In this document: positions 35,930 through 49,300 of the stretch, piece after piece | Layout: each line of letters starts with the position of its first letter | How positions within the stretch are numbered: position 1 is the first letter of the stretch | From: Gnetum montanum | Taxonomy: Eukaryota > Plantae > Gnetophyta | Direction: 5' to 3' | Length of the DNA: 64,000 nucleotides | Assembly: GCA_015680685.1 (NCBI GenBank) | Contig: MNCI01000399.1 | Coordinates: forward strand, 168,544 to 232,543 | Notes under the pieces: generated by a model | Told to the model about the DNA's origin: nothing | Databases searched by the model: none | What the model saw: only the letters and a program-made list of their open reading frames with translations | Translations under genes and position numbers: made by a program

Positions 35930-36049
35930 GATCCGACTATTATAAAGGTCATTGAAAGGCCGTTGACAGATGATGAGCGCTTCACATTGGCATATGCAGC
36001 TCGCAGAATTGCATTTTCTATATGTCCCAAGAGATTCAAGGCAAAATAA
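35930..36049 (+). CDS. LSF1: LSF1 terminal coding exon (C-terminal helix, stop TAA)
   Basis: cgcAG|DPTIIKVIERPLTDDERFTLAYAARRIAFSICPKRFKAK*, matching the SEX4/LSF C-terminal motif LTxxERxxL. Confidence 0.95.
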   Translation, partial: DPTIIKVIERPLTDDERFTLAYAARRIAFSICPKRFKAK

Positions 36050-37699
36050 TAGATTGTGGTCCCGTTTTATATGGTATGTTTAGTAACTGGGGAAGTGAAA
36101 ATAAACTGCCTTGTATTAAATATATGAAAAGTAAAATCTAAGATTAAATAATAAAATCTAGGATGAATTCAGCAGGGATACGAAATCAGTTTGACCCCAT
36201 GTTGATTTTGGCTCCATATTGTTGTATCAGATATTTATCATATTTGTTGTCAATAAAATTAATTAGTTCCGAAATAGTTAAGATGTTTTGAAAGAAAAGA
36301 GAGAGTTCTCTTGACCTTACTGTGTAAGCGAACATTTCCAGGTGCAGCCAGAACCCAACCCCTAGACTCTATACACCATGTAGGGAAAGGGGAACAATGG
36401 CTCAACCCTGGTTTCGTATACAATGTAAAGGTGGGGTAAAACATGAGAGAATTTTTTAAAAAGAAAGTTTTTGGTATCACGATTAAGAATTGATGCATGT
36501 TTTTCACTCCCGCCATGTTATAGTGCAGCGCACTTTTGGGCTGATACTCTGAAAAATGCATATTTTTGCAAGGCTGCTGAGCAGATACCTGGTTGTGTGC
36601 TACAGTAGTTGACATTGAAATATATTGGTAAAGGCATCTTAACTCCAAATTTAATCCGAAAGTAAATTTAGGATAATGTTTGATGGTGGGTTGCTGGGCA
36701 TAATAGCACTAGGCATGGCCAGCACTTTAAACGTAGACATAATGATAAGAATTTGAATTTGAGAATTGGAATTCGGTTCATGGAAGCAACGAATATAAAT
36801 GCTTTCCCTAATTGCGTATGCAGATGTGGTGCTCGATCATTCTGCCTTCAAAAACGATTTAAAAACTTCATCTGTAGCACCCTATTGGTTTTTTTTTACT
36901 GGCTGTTTTTGGCCAAGGCCAAACTCAAAACTATCATAACTAGAAATAGGAACAAGGCTCAGGAAAATAAAGTTCTATGGACGCGGAATACATTTAAGCG
37001 GGAGAATTTTAATTTGCACATGTCCATGCTATTTTGTGGATGTTTTACTAGGAAATTTGAAAATTTAAATTTGGGTGGAAAAATCCAAAGTTCGGCAAAA
37101 ATGTATTTCAGCATGAAAACGTAAATTTCGGCACCAGAAAAATCAAATTTGATTGAATAACATTTTGGTAGGAAAATTTGCTTTTAACCATGGAAAAAAA
37201 ATTCGAACTGAAATTTCAGCAAAACAAAAATTTAAATTTAATTTGCACATGTCCATGCTATTTTGTGGATGTTTTACTAGGAAATTTTAAATTTGAAGAT
37301 TTAAATTTGGGTGGGAAAATCCGGCAGAAATGTATTTTAGCATGAAAATGCAAACTTCGGCATACATTTTTGCTACTCTTGCCTAATTTTCTTTGCAGCA
37401 ACTACAAGATTGTTTCTAGCATGGAGCTTGCTGCCATTATTCTCAATAGTAGAGCCATAGGGAATTGTTTACCGCAAATCGTGTGATTCATGGAGCTTGT
37501 GGCAATGTCTAGGTGTGGTCGAGGTCGAGGATGACCACAAATCATAGAGAATGTAGCACATAGAATTGAAGACAATTTCAAAAACAAGAATTAATGCAAC
37601 ACCAATAAGAATGATAACAGGTTCAATGAGATTCAAATGTATGATTTATTCTTTTTTTTTTTTTTGTATAATTATTTAGTCAATCATTTTATTTTGAAA

Positions 37700-39830
37700 T
37701 TATGAAATTTTTGCATTGTACATTTGTAACTTTACATTGCAAAATCTTTTTGTTTGTTTTCCATACCTACATTGTAAACATTGTTCAGATCATATTTGTT
37801 TTTTATCCTCACCAACTAGAAATTCTTCCTCTATAATGGTCATTTGTATTTATCATAATAATACAAATCATTAACAAGAATTGTAGATTATCAGTGTCTA
37901 CCACTATTCAAGTTATTTATTTTTATTTAATATTTTATTCACATTCCCTAACAGGATTACTTCTTGTAGCATGTCAAAAATGCATTTAAACCTACTTTTC
38001 AATAAACATCTATGCAAGACATCACAAATGTAAAAGAATTCTTCTCTCAAAGTTATTGTTCAATATTTATTCTTGAGGATGATTTTTTTGTATCCACGGT
38101 TTGGGATTGCTTTGTACTTCTGTCCTTTCATTGAAATTCTGAAAATCTTTCATGTCAAATTTATTTTCTATGAAAACTATGTCTCTAGATGAGTGCTATT
38201 TTTTCTCTATGGGATCATAGCAAGTGTATCCACTTGTCTTGATATCATATCTTAGAAAAATACATTTCTTTTCTCTACTATCCAATTTATAAGTGAATTG
38301 CTTTGGAATATTGACATAACAATGACATCCAAAGATCATTGATGGGCATCCTATTGTGAGAGGAGGTGTCAAATAAGGTAGCAAGAATGGGAGAAATATC
38401 ATTTGATTAAATGCATTCTTCAAAAGTAGTTTGCTCTTTCCCAAACCTACAAAAGACACATGCACAAATTGCATAGGTCATTCAAAATTTTAATACCATA
38501 GTTATGAATTTTGCTAACATCCGATCTTGCAATGCTATAATGAAATGCATCTTGGCATATTACTAAATTCAACATGCAACATGTGTAAAATAGAAATCAC
38601 AAAATATTGTTGATAGTTTTGATTGAGAGCTCAAATGATTTTTTTTGCAAAAAATAACATGGATCCATAACCCCAACTGCCTATTCTGGCAAATTTAACT
38701 AAGGTTGAAGAAATGTTGATTGCAAGAATCAATACCATATTGCAAGTTAATCATGTAGTGGGTGGACAATTCAAGTATAAGGGTCACATGATTAGCTTTC
38801 TTCATGATATCACAAAGATTTCTAAGAGACTTCCTCCTAGAATTAAAGATATTCCTTTCTTGGTTATGAGAAGAGCGAATTAAATGAGAAAGGAGTATAA
38901 TTTCATTATTAATAAGAGATGGATTTATAATGCCTTACTTTTTAAAAAAGATAATGATATGTACTATCATGATGTGAGATTGATATGCATGCACTTGGCA
39001 CAATTTCACTATTATCTATTGTGTTGAGAAATAGTCACATGCATTGTCATCTTATGTTGTTTTTCATTTTAACTCCTACATTGGATGCCCACTTGACAAT
39101 CATAATCCTCATCATGTGTTGATTATAGCTACGATTTGAAAAGCATCATGTTAGTTACCATTGCAATTGGCATGGATCATGACTATCCATAAATTTCAAT
39201 GAATGACTTTGGATAAGGTCATTATTATTATAGGATCAAATGAAATCATGGGTCTAATCTTTGTTGCATTATATAGAGTCAAGAACATTGACTCTTTGAA
39301 GATTCATCTTCAATTTTTCTATGTAGAGATACCGATATTTTTCCTAATCTTAATTTTTATTCTACACCTCTAGAAAGTTTGTTGCAACAATTCTATAATG
39401 TTTTCTTGCATCAACATATTTAAATATAGATGATTACTACAATGCTCGTTTTGAAAATTTGATGCATTAATAATATTGTTTTAGCTATAGTAAGTTATAT
39501 TAATTTGTTTGGAAGTTTTGATACTACTAAATGATTTCACATAACATTTTAACAACTTAACTTTTTATACTATGTGCTCAATGATGCTAATGGATATCTT
39601 TAAAAATTAAAAATTCAATTTCTCTCCTAGATAGAGAAATGACTATAGTAGCTTTTATATATATATATATCCCTATGAATTGACTGAAAGGATCTTCTAA
39701 GTTTTCATTCTCTCTTCAAACCTCAATTGCTAAACAATGTAACAAGTTTGATGAAAATCAAATCATCCCTACATCCTCTCTTCCTTTGCCCCTTTTTCAT
39801 TTTCCTTCCAATAATTTGATGTGAGATTCA
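37700..39830 (+). mobile_element. Internally deleted Helitron derivative (DUF6570-like segment joined to helicase C-terminus), inverted relative to the 41100-56000 copy
   Basis: 38690-38990 reads LTKVEEMLIARINTILQV...GGQFKYKGHMISF...LPPRIKDIPFLVMRR, directly followed by helicase-end GLIFVALYRVKNIDSLKIH at about 39250. Flanks match the reverse complement of 55500-55900 and 41100-41580. Boundaries approximate. Confidence 0.7.
38130..38345 (-). mobile_element. Small Copia integrase-SH3 fragment inside the Helitron derivative
   Basis: IFGCHCYVNIPKQFTYKLDSREKKCIFLRYDIKTSGYTCYDP. Confidence 0.75.
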
Positions 39831-42800
39831 TTAAAAAATTCATATAGAAATTCTTCCTACTTTTCCATCATGACATTACAACATTCAAGAAAATTTAGTT
39901 ACTAGCAAGATCTATATTCAGCATTTTACAAGTTAAATATTTAATCATAACAAGTTACATGGAAATATAAAAATTTTTAAAAAGAAATTATGAAACTAAA
40001 TTCCTTTTGTTAGTCCTACAACCTTGTGATCTCCCCATGAACATAGTGAAATGCTTTCATTTTCATATTTAATGTCAATTATCATTGTTTGCTTTTTTCT
40101 TAACAACATTACAATTCTGAAGCCTTGAACCTAGTGACATTGAAACATAAATAGGTTTTTGAAAATTTTCTTCTAAGAGTCCTTAATTTCAATGTAAACA
40201 TGTCATGATGTCCTCAGAAATCCTTTAGATGTGCAAGATCCTAACTTAAATGAATGAAACTCTTTTACTCTAAATGCTTCTATTCTCACATTAGTCATTT
40301 CAACATGTTTTCATTTTTACTAAATCAATAGTCGCAATGGTTGATTAATATTTAAGAATGATTAGGGAACAAATTATCCATGCATTCCATATGTAATAAA
40401 TAAATGAAAGAAAAAATAAATAGTTACATGAATATAATGTAAAAATTTTAATTTTCCTACCCAATTTTTCATGGTCAAATGTAAATTTTTTGGCAATTTG
40501 AATCTTAAGGATGCTCAAGTTAGAATTTTCCTATCCAAGTGTTCCACAAAATAGCATGGAAATCCTCCCACCCCTTTTCTTTCATACAATTCTACCTTAA
40601 TTTAAATTTTCCTAACCAAATATATTTCACATCCACAAAATAGTGTGAACCTCCTCCCATCCCTATGCTTTGATATAGATTTTGTGCAAATGTAAATTCT
40701 CTTGTCCAAATGTATTCTATCCAAATTTAAATTTTCCCACCCAAATATATTCTACGTCCACAAAATAGTGTGGATATCCTTCCAAACAAATTGACCTCTT
40801 AGCCAAGAAAACTAGCTTAGATGTGTGTGTGTGTAAATAAATATGAATTTGTTGAAAGAATCTTCTAAGTTTTCATTATATATTCAAAGCCTGATTACTG
40901 GATGAGGTAACAAGTTTGATTAAAATCAAATCACTCTTGCATCCTCTCTTACTTTGCCCATTTTCCATTTTACTTATACTCTCTTGGACTTATTTGTTCT
41001 TTTCATGTTTGTTCAGGGTGTTTTTGAAACATTAGTCTCTAGCATAAATAATAACTCAAAAATACCCTAGACAAACTTTGAAAGAATAAGTTGAATTAAA
41101 GGATGCAAGGAAAATGGAGGGAAGGAAGAGAGAATGGATGAGTGATTTTGTTTTTATCAAACTTGTTACTTTGTCCGGCAGTTGGGCTTCTAAGAGAGAA
41201 GGAAAACTTAGAAAATCCTCTTAGCCAATTCATATATATAAAAAAAGCTAGTGGAGCCATTTCATAACACCAGAAAAGAATTGAATTAATTTTTTTATAG
41301 ATATCCATTCTCATCATTAAGCACATTCATTTTAAAGGTGAAGTTATTAAAATCTTGTGTGAAATCATTCAATAATATTGAAATTTTAAAATGAAGTAAT
41401 ATAAATTGCTATTCCTAAAACAATATCATTGATGCATCAAATTTTTAAAAAGAGCCCCATAGAATTAAAATCATCTATATTTTAAAAATGTTGATGTAGG
41501 AAAACATTACACAATTCTTGTAGCAAGCTTTGTAGAATTGTAAAATAGGAATTAGGATTAGGGAAAATATAGATAGGAGTGTAAACTCAAGATGCTTAAT
41601 CTTCTAAATCAACAAAACATTTTTCCTTTGCAATTCTACTATGAAGATGTTTAGAATTAGAAATATTTTGGTATCTTTGCAAAGAGAATTGAGGATGAAT
41701 CTTCAAAGAGTCAATGTTCTTGACTCTAGATAATGCAACAAAGGTTAGACCCATGACTTCTTTTGATCCTACATCATTAGTGATCTTATCCAAAGTTATT
41801 CCTTGAGATTTATGAATAGTGAATAGTTATAGCCCATGCTAATTGCAATAGTAACTAACACAATGCTCCTCGAACCAAAAGTACAAGCAACACATGATGG
41901 GAATTATGACCATTGAATGAACATCCAATGTAGAAGTCAAAATCAACAATAACATAAGATGGTAATGCATATGGTTATTTCTCAAGATGATAAATAATAT
42001 TGTGAACTATGCCAAGTGCATCATTTACTAATCCTACTTCTAGCTAAAGGCTAACTATGAGCATCACCTATGCACCTTCATATATAAGTAAAACCATCTA
42101 ATCCATTGGAAGTCTATGGAGGATTAATTAAGCACCCAAGAATTAATTATCTTCATCAAGGATTTTTCCCTCTCTAACATGCATTAATAATTCCCTAAAT
42201 CTTTGTTGTTTGGGATCATTTCTAAATTGACAATAAATAACATCTGACACAACAAATGTATCAAACGATTACTAAACTCATGTAATATCTAGATTTGTAT
42301 ATGCATAAGGCACAACATCAAGTAGAAGTTGACTCAAGTCTTCCATTAGTATAATTGATCTTTCTCCAAAATATTCATTATGATGCTCTAGAAATATTTC
42401 TCTTAATCTTTTATCAATGCTCTATAATAGACTTCCCCCCATAAAACTCATTTTTTCAATGATTATATCTCACCTGGGAAACTCAATGTTGTATACTTAT
42501 TTCAGTAGAGTCATAAAGTTCTTTATATACACCAATTCTAAGGATAAAACTAGAATAAATGGTAGTTGTATTAAGTTTATATGCAGCTAGTTTTGTGGAT
42601 GCCATAACAAGTAAAGCATTATGTTTTTCATAACAATACTTTATGAAAGCATTTCAAATGACACTTATAGGAAAAGACTTTCATGTACCGGTTGTTCCCT
42701 AGATAATCATTCATAAAGGGGCAACAACCTCATTTATTAATTGTGAAAACATCATGTGATCCATGATTTTACTATAGCATTTCTTTTGCTTAGCATCCAA

Positions 42801-45392
42801 CTTATCAGAACCATAGATACCATTGTCATAGTCCATTAGAATCATGGATTGAGATGATTTATCACTGGTAATAAAGGCTATGGTAAAGTTTGCAATATCC
42901 TTTCTTGGATACTAGAATGTTCTATCATACATCCTATCAACATCTCGTAGCCAAGCATCTCTAATTTTGTCATGACCTATTGATAATAAATAATAATTAA
43001 GTATATCTATGAACTATTGTTCTTCTTCCAATGCTTACTGGAATTACTCTTTAGTATTATTCTTTAGGCACCCAATCCTTTTCAATCTTCTTATCATTAC
43101 AACCAAGATCTTAATTCACATATCTAAATAGATAATGTAACAACAACATAACCAAATAGTATTCAATCCATCTTTGCTTCCCTTACTTCAGCAAAATGTG
43201 AAATATGATATAATATCTCACAATAGCTTCTAGTTTCAGGTGATGTGAATTCTAAGTCGGGTTTTCCTTTTTCTTCAAGTTGCAATTTTTCTATCTAAAA
43301 GCTTGTAGTATTGACACTTTCTTCATGGGAAGTAGTCATTTCTGATAAACATTAATAATCATTATGTAGTTTTCACCCTCATTCATTCCTCTAGATTAAT
43401 AAGAACTTTATTGTATACCTCCCGTGAAATATTAATCTTGTTGAAAACCTTAGTGCAGTCTACCAAAGAAAGTTCACACAACATGTGATAAACCTCTATA
43501 GCACCAATGTCTCTATCTACAAAAACATTTATCATGAGTCTTCTATAGATAGATAAAGCATCTTCATGAGGATTTCTTGACTTTAAAATTTGTAACAATG
43601 TGTCATGAATAAAATTGTGATTTTTTCTTAGATTTAGTTGCATATTTTGCAATATATTTTATAACATATAAGGACATAACAAGTTGAAAATATATATTTT
43701 TCATCTATGTCTAAAACAACATTCTATTATAAACATTAAGCCTTGAATCATTTCTTCAAGAAATAAAATGAATTTCATTATTATTTTCTAGATCTCTAGA
43801 AAGACTCAATTCTAGAGATAATGGCCAAGGAACATTCTACCTAAAAAGGAAAGAAAGGGAAGATAAATATCTATAGAATTAATATGCACAGATAAAATAA
43901 AATTTTATTATTAATAGAAAATAATGAAATTGTGAGGAAATAGTAAGGAAATAAGAATTTAATACAACTATGGTATTTGCAAACTTCTCTACCATTATAT
44001 TTTCTTAAGCATGCACTTGGTTTGCAAACAAGATGTCATTAAACAACATTAAGCAAATTAATAGAATCAGTTTCTAGATCCTTAACTTGTAGTTGTTGGG
44101 TAGTCAATTCACATGGATGTTTCAACATATTGATTTGTAAAGCCTAAGTGAAAAGACAAACTGAAAGATAAATCACCAAAAAAACACAATTCTTGCATAT
44201 TTCTAAAAACATTAGTATAAAATTTCTACAGATACATAAAGGATAAATGAGAAGTTACATTGTTTTGTTGTCCATTTGCTGTAAATCTTGGTTTTCATGC
44301 ATCTATTATTGAGTTAAAAAATTAATTTTCTTTATGCATCACATCAAGATCATTTTGGTCTAGTTCATCTACCTTTGGAGCATCCTCTATCTAGAGAAAA
44401 CCATGCACATGTGAAGATCTACAAATCTACCACTCATATCACATCTAATAGTCAACAACATGGATTTTTTTTCATCCAAACTATATTTAGAATGACAACG
44501 TAACAACGGTACATGAACTCTACCACTATATGTGGATTTTATATTATTCTACCTTCATCATTTCAATTCTAATGAGTTCTCATGTGGATTTTTTCCATTA
44601 GATTATGTAGCTCAAGCTAATAGAAATTTGCCATACTTAAAGTGAAAAAAAAAATAATACTTGAAAATAGGTTCCATTGCATACTTGAAAATAATACTTG
44701 AATATATAGAGATAGGTTTCATTACATGTTGTCTTCTAATGACATTATAAATATAATGCTTGAAAATAAATCACACATCATTGCATCAAAGTACAAAAAA
44801 TAGGAACAATAAATTGATATATGATTTCTTTACCTAAAATGCTTATGTCATCTGAATCTACCATCCTTCTAGTGAAGCAAATGTTTTACATATTTGTGTA
44901 GTTTAACATCTTTAACTTTTCGATCAAAAGAATTTCATTTTAACTCTAGAAATATCATTGCAAAAAACCCTACCATGTTAAAATTATAACTAGGAGAATT
45001 AGACATGGAAGGCTACTAAACAATATCTAAATCTCACAATGATCAATTATGCAACCATCCTTTTATTCATTTATTTTTCCTTCATACAATCCTAGGACAC
45101 AAGGATGTATGTTTGATAATGTTTTCTTCATCACTTTAGAGTAGTAGACCTTGAAACTATAATCACATTTTTCCATTCTTTTCTAATAAAGCAATATAAG
45201 GAATGCTATGAAAGATGTTCACTTTATCAGTACCAACAACATCATCCAATGCATGTATATCAATCTTAATATCATGAGACTACGAATGATTATTCTTTTT
45301 TAAAACCAAGGCATTATAAAATTGAAATTATACTCTATGTCCATTTGATTCACTCTTCTCATGACTAAGAAATGAATATCTTTAATTCTAAA

Positions 45393-46195
45393 TGATGAGC
45401 TGCAATATCGCGTACATGATATCGGGGCCGTGATATTAGATCCTGTCATGCGATATCGGACATTTGATATCGGGAACTGTCTCATTGCCTATAAATAAAA
45501 GGCAACACACTTGGTTTAGTAGTTAGTCTTAGTTGCTTACCTGAACTCTTGCAGTTTCTCCCTCTCAGAGTTAGAATTATTTCTGAGTGCCCGCAGTAAG
45601 AGTCATAAAGTGAACATATCTTTATTCGAGCATTGTGTACCTGAGCACACCTTGTGTCTGGAAATAAAGATAAACTTTGTGATGAACCTTGCAGCATTCA
45701 GAATAGCTTATCTCTCACCCTTAATGCTATTTATAGTTCTTTAATGCTTTCATTAGTTAATTAATGTTGTTTTCATTGATTCGTTAATTTTCACAAGTAA
45801 GCACAGTTAGTACGACCACTTCGAGCATACGTGGAACACTTGGTAACCCAATAATGATTAGCGTTTGGTAATCCCAGTAGTGTTACACTAGTTTAGGAAG
45901 TGTACAGTAAGTGGGAACAAATGCTGGTGTTAGGACTAGTTAGGACCTAGCTAATTAATTCACTTCTTCCCTCTTTAGCACTAGGACATAAAACATAAAA
46001 AGTATAAAAATCATATGCCTTAAGTTTACTTAACCATACAATCATGCCATATGAGTAAGCTTGGGAAGACAACAATCGCTAACCCATCCTTGTTCTGTGG
46101 AGGCACATAAGCACTTAGTCCTTGGAATTTGACTGGATCATGGGTGAATGCTCGTATTCGTATGGTTGGGTGTAGGGGTACCTTGTCGTCCATCA
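45393..46195 (+). repeat. 5' LTR
   Basis: TGATGAGC...CATCA; highly similar to 54444-55272; TATA box CCTATAAATA near 45488. Confidence 0.93.
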
Positions 46196-46196
46196 T

Positions 46197-46214
46197 TGGC
46201 ACCATTGCCAGGGA
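46197..46214 (+). promoter_or_regulatory. Primer binding site (tRNA-Asp type)
   Basis: TGGCACCATTGCCAGGGA is the CpG-decayed form of TGGCGCCGTTGCCGGGGA used by Athila-group elements. Confidence 0.8.
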
Positions 46215-46340
46215 CTCTATTGTTTGTGCGCTAATTAGAACTTAGGAATCTTCCCATCATTGGAACAAACCCTTAGGGTTGGTTATTTTAAAATTATTTT
46301 AAAAGAGAAGAGAAAAGTATCACATACTAAAGAATTAATC

Positions 46341-49300
46341 ATGTCTCCTTCTTACAAGAGTGTTTCACCGCCTAGATCTAACACAATGAAAAATCAGAGG
46401 TGTAGTACACATGATGACCCGCCAGTGCCCCAACAATTCCGTGTGGTATACGTTCATCTTGATGAGTATATATCAAACTTTATCTTTATCCTCTACTAGG
46501 ATGAGCAAATTTGTTGGCATGATTTAGAAGGTAACATAGTGTTACCTCCCGATTTTTCAGTCCCAAGCATGCTTCTTCATGCTCTCACATGAATTGGTAT
46601 GCAGCACTTATAGGCAAAGTAGGTGGTGTACAAAGACAACTCGAGAGAGAATCAACCCACGGAGGCACAACATCAAAGGGACTTACAACAGGAAAGACAT
46701 CATAAATCTATAAAGGGGAAGTGGTCGTTGGATGTCCCATATGTCATAGGCAAAAATAAGGGTGGTGAACCTACCTCAGGAGGTCTTCCACACAATGATG
46801 TTCCTCTCGTTGACTTTGGTCAAGGGGTTGTGTATCAGAATCTTCACTCAACTATCCATAACCTGGATTCTGGTACTAACGAACACAAAGGGTCTAAAAA
46901 AGGAACACGAAAACATGATAAAAAATGGACATTTTGATCGTAACCATGATTGAGGCCATGAACACCAAAGAGAAGGAAGCAAGCACCATCATGGTGACGG
47001 TCCTTCTCCCTCTTCACCTCCATCATCTCTTTCCCCCTCTCCTTTTGGATTAGAACGCAGTCACAGAGGGAAACACCCTGAGGATAATGATAGCCAAAAC
47101 AGTTGAGAAAGGGGACGAGGGCGTTCTAGGGAAACACACTATGAAAGGAGGGAGAGTAGGGAACAACATAGGCATCATAGATTCCATAGAGAATACGATC
47201 ATGATGAACCCCTACTTGCTACCTGAAGTATGCTAGATATAACTAAGGCTGTTAGAATTCCAACAAGGCACCAAAAAGATAGCAGGATCAAAAGATTGGA
47301 CATGAACAATATCCCACGATTTGAAGGGGGATACAGTGCTGATCCTCAAAATCATTTGCAAGCATTTCACGATGCATGTGCCTTGAAAAACATAGAAAAA
47401 AGTGGCAAAAACTCAAGTTATTTTTGTGGACACTAATCAAGGAAGCGAAAAGCTGGTACCCGTCCTTAGAACCAGAGTCCATTTGTCGATGGAGTACCAT
47501 GTTAGAACTGTACAATGATAAGTATCAAACGTACTCTTGAATATCCAACCTGCGAAAGCAAATCCAAGGATGGAAACAAGGAGTACACAAACCCTTGGAT
47601 CTTGCCATGGGTCGATATTATGCATTATTACATCATTGCCTTAGTTAGGGTTACTCACAGAGGGAACAACTACGCCATCTTGTAGATGGACTTAGGCATA
47701 AAACACAAAGAACCCTTGGGACTTATGTCGAAGGAAGACTATCCAAGCTTAGGGCCCATCAAGTACAAAGATTGTTGGAGCAAGTTGCCAAGGAGGAAGG
47801 TGAGTTAAGGAAAAGAGAAAGTGCGGAGGAATACGACAGAGATCCTTCCCTCCGAAAGAAGGGAGTTAGATTTTGTGAGGATGAAGTAGAGTCATCACTT
47901 GAAGAGGTGGTAAATAGGAAAACCTTGCCCATTCAAAAACTTGCATCAGAAGTATGGGCAAAGGTGGACCAAATGTGGGATTCCCAAGATAATAGATTTC
48001 AAACCGTTCTCAAAATAGTAGAGGAGTCTAAGGAACCAGGTAGTTATCAAGAAAGGAGAAAAAAGAAAGAAATTGAATATGCATGTAACAAAGGTAAGGG
48101 AAAAGCTACCATCATTGAGGAGGTTGTGGATTCGAATACAAAAAATGATGGTGAATGTGAGATATGTCAATATGACCATCCTAAGGGATGTTGCCCAGTA
48201 ATCTCACATCTGTAGGAGTCTAGGGTGTACACACTAAACCCACGATTAAACAGATGGCAAACAGCCTAAATGTTACCTTATCTTCAAGGTAGCAAAAGAC
48301 AGTTCCACCAACCCTTGACGTATTATCCAAGTGGAACTCCACCACAACCACATGAACAATATCAATAGTGGCAACACCCACAATAATGGGGAATGCCACC
48401 ACCATGTCAACTGTACCCTTACTGTCAACCTAACCTATATGGATAGTATGTGTAGTAGCCAATCTCACCACATGACTCCACTAGTCACGTTACTCCTCAG
48501 TCTCACCACCAAACCCATGAGTACTATAGAACTCCTTCTCCTAGGGGAGAGGTTTCACAAATGTACTATCCTTCTTATCTGACTACATCTCTTCCAACCT
48601 TAGTCCCATTACCATCCACTCTAGCTATGCAAGGTGAGCTCCCTGCCTAGCCGCAACAACATAATGCAACAAGGGTTGTCAACCCTCAATCTACTGTTGG
48701 TCCAGACAACCGCATAAAGAAGAGACCTTTCTTTAAAACCAATAGTCCAACTAAGTCCTTGCAACCACAAGTGGAAAATTCTCCAAATGCCTCACCACCA
48801 TTCAAATCTTCAAAGCTCCCTTCGAACTAAAGACAACACTTAACGCACACAGTCATGTTGACTCGTGCAGCTACCAATTGGATTAAAGCTAGCCACCTTG
48901 CTAGGAAATTCTTTGATTCTAGAAGTCCTCTTATATACTTGCAAATCGCTGGGAATGAACCTTGCAAGGCTCTTTTGGATTCAGGATCTGGCGTTAACTT
49001 AATCTCTCAAGAAATGTACAAAGCTTGGAATTTGCCTCCATTAAAAAAAAGTAACATACATTTAGAGTTGGCCAACTAGTCCATCATTGTTCCATTAGGA
49101 CTAGTGGAGAACATTGTCACCACTATTTGTGGGTGGTCATATTGAATCGATTTCCTTATGATTCAAGTCAACAATTGTAAGGGGGACTTCCTAATCATAA
49201 TGGGAAGAGCATGGCTAAGCACAATTAATATGTGCCTAGGAATACATGATCTTTCCCTAGAAATATCAAAGGAAAATACATTTGGAAAGATTGAAAAGAA

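Noticed and set aside
36259-37124. ORFs downstream of LSF1 (129 aa and 123 aa)
   Set aside because: No homology cues; they lie in the probable 3' UTR and flanking repeats.
40500-40790. CRISPR-like array (CCACAAAATAG repeats)
   Set aside because: Eukaryotic context, irregular spacing and similar spacers; this is a degenerate tandem repeat.
41596-41845. Host PIF1 helicase gene
   Set aside because: Linked upstream to HUH Rep motifs, riddled with stops and present in a second deleted copy, so it is Helitron-derived.
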